The translations under genes were made by a program, and so were the position numbers. Positions 59,293-64,000 of a stretch of 64,000 bases of DNA are shown one piece after another. The DNA comes from Heptranchias perlo (taxonomy: Eukaryota), in contig NC_090333.1 of the NCBI RefSeq assembly GCF_035084215.1, positions 45,322,001-45,386,000 on the forward strand, given 5' to 3'. The notes beneath the pieces were generated by a model that had not been told where the DNA came from, made no database searches, and was given only the letters and a program-made list of their open reading frames with translations. How positions within the stretch are numbered: the first letter of the stretch is position 1; each line of letters begins with the position of its first letter.

Positions 59293-62200
59293 CATAAGAG
59301 CAGGCCATTCAGTCCCTCGAGCCTGCTCTGCCATTTAATGAGATCATGGCTGATCTGATTTTTACCTCAACTTCACTCTCCCGCCCTTTGACTCCCTTGC
59401 TGATCAAAAGTTTGTCTAACTCAGCCTTGAATGTATTCAATACGCAGCTGCCACAGCTTTTTGGGTAAAAAATTCCAACTATTCACGACCCTCTGGGAGA
59501 AGAAATTCCTCCTCATTTCTGTCTTAAATGGGCGACCCCTTATTCTGAGACTATGCCACCTAGTTTTAGATTCCCCCCCCCCCCCCCCCGCCATGAGGGG
59601 GAACAGCCTCTCAGCATCTACCCTATCGAGTCCCCTCAGAATCTTGTATGTTTCAGTAAGATCTCTTCTCATTCTTCTAAACTCCGATGAGTATAGACCC
59701 AACCTTTTCTCATAAGACAACCCTTCCATACCCGGAATCAACCTAGTGAGCCTTCTCTGAACTGCCTCCAATTCAAGTATGTCCTTCCTTAAATAAGGGC
59801 GCCAGAACTGTATGCAGTACTCCAGGTGTGGTCTCACTAGCACCCTGTACAGTTGTAGCATGATGTCCCTGCTTTTATATTCCATCCCCCTAGAAATAAA
59901 GGCCAATATTCCATTTGCCTTCTGGATTACCTGCTGCACCTGTATGTTGACTTTTTTTGTGTTTAGTGTACGAGGACACCCAGATTGCACTGTACTGCAG
60001 TGTTTTGTAGTATTTCTCCATTCAAATAATATTTTGCTTTTTTATTTTTCCCTCCCAAAGTGGATGACTTCACATTTTCCCACATTATATTCCATCTGCC
60101 AAATTTTTGCCCATTCGCTTAACCTGTCACTATCCCTTTGCAGACACTGTGTCCTCATTGCAACTTGCTTTTTCACCTATCTTTGTATCAGCAGCAAATT
60201 TGGTAACAAGACACTCTGTTCCTTCATCCAAGTCATTGATATATATTGTAAATAGTTGAGGCCCCAGCACTGATCCCTGTGGCATCCCACAAGTTACAGA
60301 TTGCCATTTTGAAAATGACCCTTTTATCCCAACTCTTTGTTTTCTGTTAGTTAGCCAATCCTCTATCCATGCCGGTATATTACCCCCAACACCATGAGCT
60401 CTTATCTTGTGCAGTAATCTTTTATGTGGCACCTTATCGAATGCCTTTTGGAAATCCAAATATACTGCATCTATTGGTTCCCCTTTATCCACCCTGCCCG
60501 TTACTTCCTCAAAGAAGTCTAGTAAATTTGTCAGACATGATTTCCCCTTCATAAAACCATGTTGACTCTCCTCGATTGTATGGAGTCTCCAAATATCCTG
60601 CTACTACTTCCTTAATAATGGATTCTAGCATTTTCCCAATGACAGATGTTAGGCTAACTGGTCTATAGTTATCTGCTTTCTGTCTCACTCCCTTCTTGAA
60701 TAGGGGTGTTACGTTTGCGGTTTTCCAATCCGCTGGGACCTTTCCAGAATCTATTGAATTCTGGAAGATTACAACCAATGCATCCACTATCTCTGTAGCC
60801 ATTTCCTTTAAGACCCTCTGATGCAAGCCATCAGGTCCAGGAACTGGTCAGCCTTTAGACCCATTAGTTTACCTAGTACTTTTTCTCCAGTGATAGTTTT
60901 TAGTTCCTCCCTCCCCTTTGCCCCTTGATTTTCTACTATTATTGGTATATTATTAGTGTCTTCTACTGTGAAGCCAGATACAAAATATCTGTTCATTTCC
61001 TTGTTTTCCATTATTATTTCCCCAGTCTCATCCTCTAAGGGATGAATATTTACTTTAGCTACCCTCTTCCTTTTTATGTACTTGTAGAAGCTTTCACTGT
61101 CAGTTTTTATATTTCTTGCTAGTTTACTCTCAATTTATTTTCTCCCTCTTTATTATTCTTTGTCATCTTTTGCTGGTTTTTAAAGTTTTCCCTATCTTCA
61201 GGCTTACCAGTAATCTTTGCCACGTTATATGCTTTTTCTTTTAACCTGATACCATCCTTGACTTCCTTAGTTAGCCATGGTTGGTTTACCCTTGTTGTGG
61301 AGTCTTTCCTCCTCACAGGGATATTATGTCTCACAACAAAAATATATCTTTTTAAATGTTTGCCACTGCTTATCCACCATCATACCATCTAATCTGTTTA
61401 CCCAGTCCACTTTAGCTAATTCCACCCTCATTCCTTTATAATTGCCCTTATTTAATACAGTGGTTTCAGACCCAAGATCCTCGCTCTCAAACTGGATGTG
61501 AAATTCTATCATGTTATGATCACTGCTTCCCAAGGGATCCTTTACTTGGAGATCATTAATTAATCCTGTTTCATTACCCATTACCAGATCCAAAATGGCC
61601 TGTTCCCTGGTTGGTTCCCTGACATACTGGTCTAAGAAACAGTCCCTAATACACTCTATGAACTTCTCCTCAGGGCTATTATTGCCAATTTGATTTGTCC
61701 AATCTAGTTAAAATCACCCATGATTGTTGTATTACCTTTTTTTTTACAAGCCCTCCTTATTTCCTGATTAATATTTTGCCCTACAGTGTAGCTACTGTTA
61801 GGGGGCCTATATACTACTCCCACCAGTGATTTCTCTCCCTTGCTATTTCTTACCTCCACCCAAATTGAATTGACATCTTGAGCTTCTGAGCCAAGATCAT
61901 TTCTCACTATTATACCAATTTCATCCTTTATTAACAGAGCTACCCCACCACCTTTACCTTTTTTCCTATCCTTCCAAAATGTTATATAACCCTGAATATT
62001 TAGCTCCCAATCTTAGTCACCTTGCAACCACATCTCTGTAATGGCCACTAGATCACACCCATTTGTTTCTATTTGTGCCGTCAATTCATCTGTCTTACTA
62101 CGAATGCTGCGCGCATTCAGATAAAGAACCTTTAATTTTGTCTTTTTACCATTCTTTCCTACCCTAGCCCCATTTGCTAGTGCACTTTTATGTTTGTACA

Positions 62201-63250
62201 CTCCGTCCCTTCCTGACGCACTCTGTTTATCATTACCCCCATCACTTTCCTGTACTACTTCCTTGTCTTTTCTCTTTACCAGTCTAAACTTCGCCCCACC
62301 TGAGCCCTCCCCCCCTCTATTTAGTTTAAAGCCTTCTCTACCACCCTAGTTATTCGGTTTGCCAGAACACTGGTCCCAGCATGGTTCAGGTGAAGCCCAT
62401 TCCAACGGAACAGCTCCTTCTTGCCCCAGTACTGTGCCAGTGCCCCATGAATCAAAACCCACTTCTCCCACACCAATCTGAGTCATGCATTCATCTCTCT
62501 GATCTGATTTACCTTGTGCCAATTTGCTCATGGCTCAGGTAATAATCTGGAGATTATCACCTTTGTGGTTCTGCTTTTTAATTTAGTCCCTAGCTGCTCA
62601 AACTCCCTCAGCAGAACCTCTATCTTAGTCCTACCAATGTCACTGGTACCTACATGGACCACAACAACTGGATCCTCCCCCTCCCACTCCAAGTCTGTCT
62701 CCAGCCCTGAGGAGATGTCCTTAACCCTGGCACCAGGTAGGCCTCTCACTCTTGGCTGCAGAGAACAGTGTCTATCCCTCTAACTATACTGTCGCCTACT
62801 ACAACCACATTCCTTTTTACTCCCCCCACTTGAATGGCCCCCTGAACTACGGTGCCGTGGCTAGTTTGCTCATCCTCCCTGCACTCATCCACGAAGGCTG
62901 CAAGAATCTCGTATCTATTGGACAAGTGCAGAGGCTGAGGCTCCGGCAATGCTACCTCCTGGATCCCCATACCTGCCTCACTTGCAGTCACATCCTCCTG
63001 TCCCTAACCATGTGCCAATTCTACAGTATTTAGTCTAAGGTGTGTGACTGCCTCCTGGATCAAAGTGTCTAGGTAACTTTCTCCCTTCCTGATGCCTCGC
63101 AATGTCTGCAGCTCAGACTCCAGCTCTTCAACTCAGAGCTGAAGTTCCTCGAGCTGCAGACACTTACCGCAGATGTAGTAGCCCTGGACAAAACAGTCCA
63201 GTAGCTCCCACATATTACAGCTGCAACACATTGCCTGCCCTGTCATAACT
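59293..63250 (-). mobile_element. Near full-length disabled CR1 LINE (ORF1 with SGNH esterase; ORF2 endonuclease plus RT)
   Basis: ORF1: VVVVGDSIVRG, GLPGARVKD, VVVHVGTSDIG. ORF2: [58 protein letters not shown]. Many frameshifts. Confidence 0.95.
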
Positions 63251-63499
63251 ATTTTATTTAATTGATTACTACAATGCCAATCAAATTATTTTTAGGTTGA
63301 ACCAAGTACTGGCCTTGTTTAATTTATAAGATTAAGTTCAGTTTTTTTTAAAAAGTTAGTTTTATGCTATAAGTTACTTAGCCCACAGTCCTAAGAAAGA
63401 AGAAAATAGAAGAGAGACTCACCACCAACCTGTGACATCACACTGTTGTTGCTGTGACCCACTCTCTGTACATTCCTCTCCACTGTCTAAACAAATGCA

Positions 63500-63822
63500 C
63501 CTCACTCACCAAATTCCCAATTATAGACTCTGTTAATAGCTACTACTCCATACATTAGTAAAACCCTTCTGAATTTATGCTAGCTAGAATGCCAATCACC
63601 TGAGTCAGCCCCAGCTGACAGTAGATTACCAGTTCTAACCAGTCACCTAATTAACTAGGTGACCAGCTGCCACTTTAGGCTGCTTGTTTACCACTAACTG
63701 AAAACTGCAAGTTAAGATTAAATTTAAGTTAAATGCTTGATGCCAAACTTAGTCAAATTTTAGATAACGATCAACCCTTAAAAATCCCCTCACTCACCAA
63801 ATTCCCAATTATAGACTCTGTT
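63500..63822. repeat. 35-bp direct repeat, probably in the CR1 5' UTR
   Basis: cctcactcaccaaattcccaattatagactctgtt at 63500-63534 and 63788-63822. Confidence 0.75.
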
Positions 63823-64000
63823 GAAACCAGGTTGTCTGTAACGTGACGTAACGTAATAGCTAATAATACTTATTAACATGATCGATCCCTTCTTATCCTT
63901 TGTCTCAATCCCATTAGGATTTTGTTTCTATCTTAATGTTTCTATATGGCATTATGTTGTCTCTCATTAGTACAGCTACCACCCCCACACCTCCACCCCG

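Overview
Vertebrate nuclear DNA, most likely from a cartilaginous fish (inferred from its CR1/L2 LINE, Deu-domain SINE, Penelope-type and Harbinger repeats). It holds the SLC1A7-CPT2-CZIB(C1orf123)-MAGOH block in the same order and orientations I recall for human chr1p32. Present are SLC1A7 coding exons 1-2 (minus), complete CPT2 (plus, 5 exons, 671 aa), complete CZIB (minus, 8 exons, about 159 aa) and complete MAGOH (minus, 5 exons, 146 aa), all with GT-AG junctions and consistent phases. Most of the remainder is transposon-derived. I found no convincing new multi-gene system. The best leads are: (1) a 950-bp insertion resembling a polyadenylated mRNA 3' end fused to a CR1 3' end, splitting a SINE in CPT2 intron 2; (2) a 4.5-kb strand-skewed G-rich minisatellite that starts at the CZIB exon 2 donor; (3) an L2 3' tail that supplies the pyrimidine tract of the CZIB exon 4 acceptor; (4) LF-SINE-like copies, one in the probable CPT2 3' UTR; (5) an internally deleted two-ORF Harbinger with TIRs and TSD. 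Repeat family names and homologies come from recall, not database searches, and repeat boundaries are approximate.
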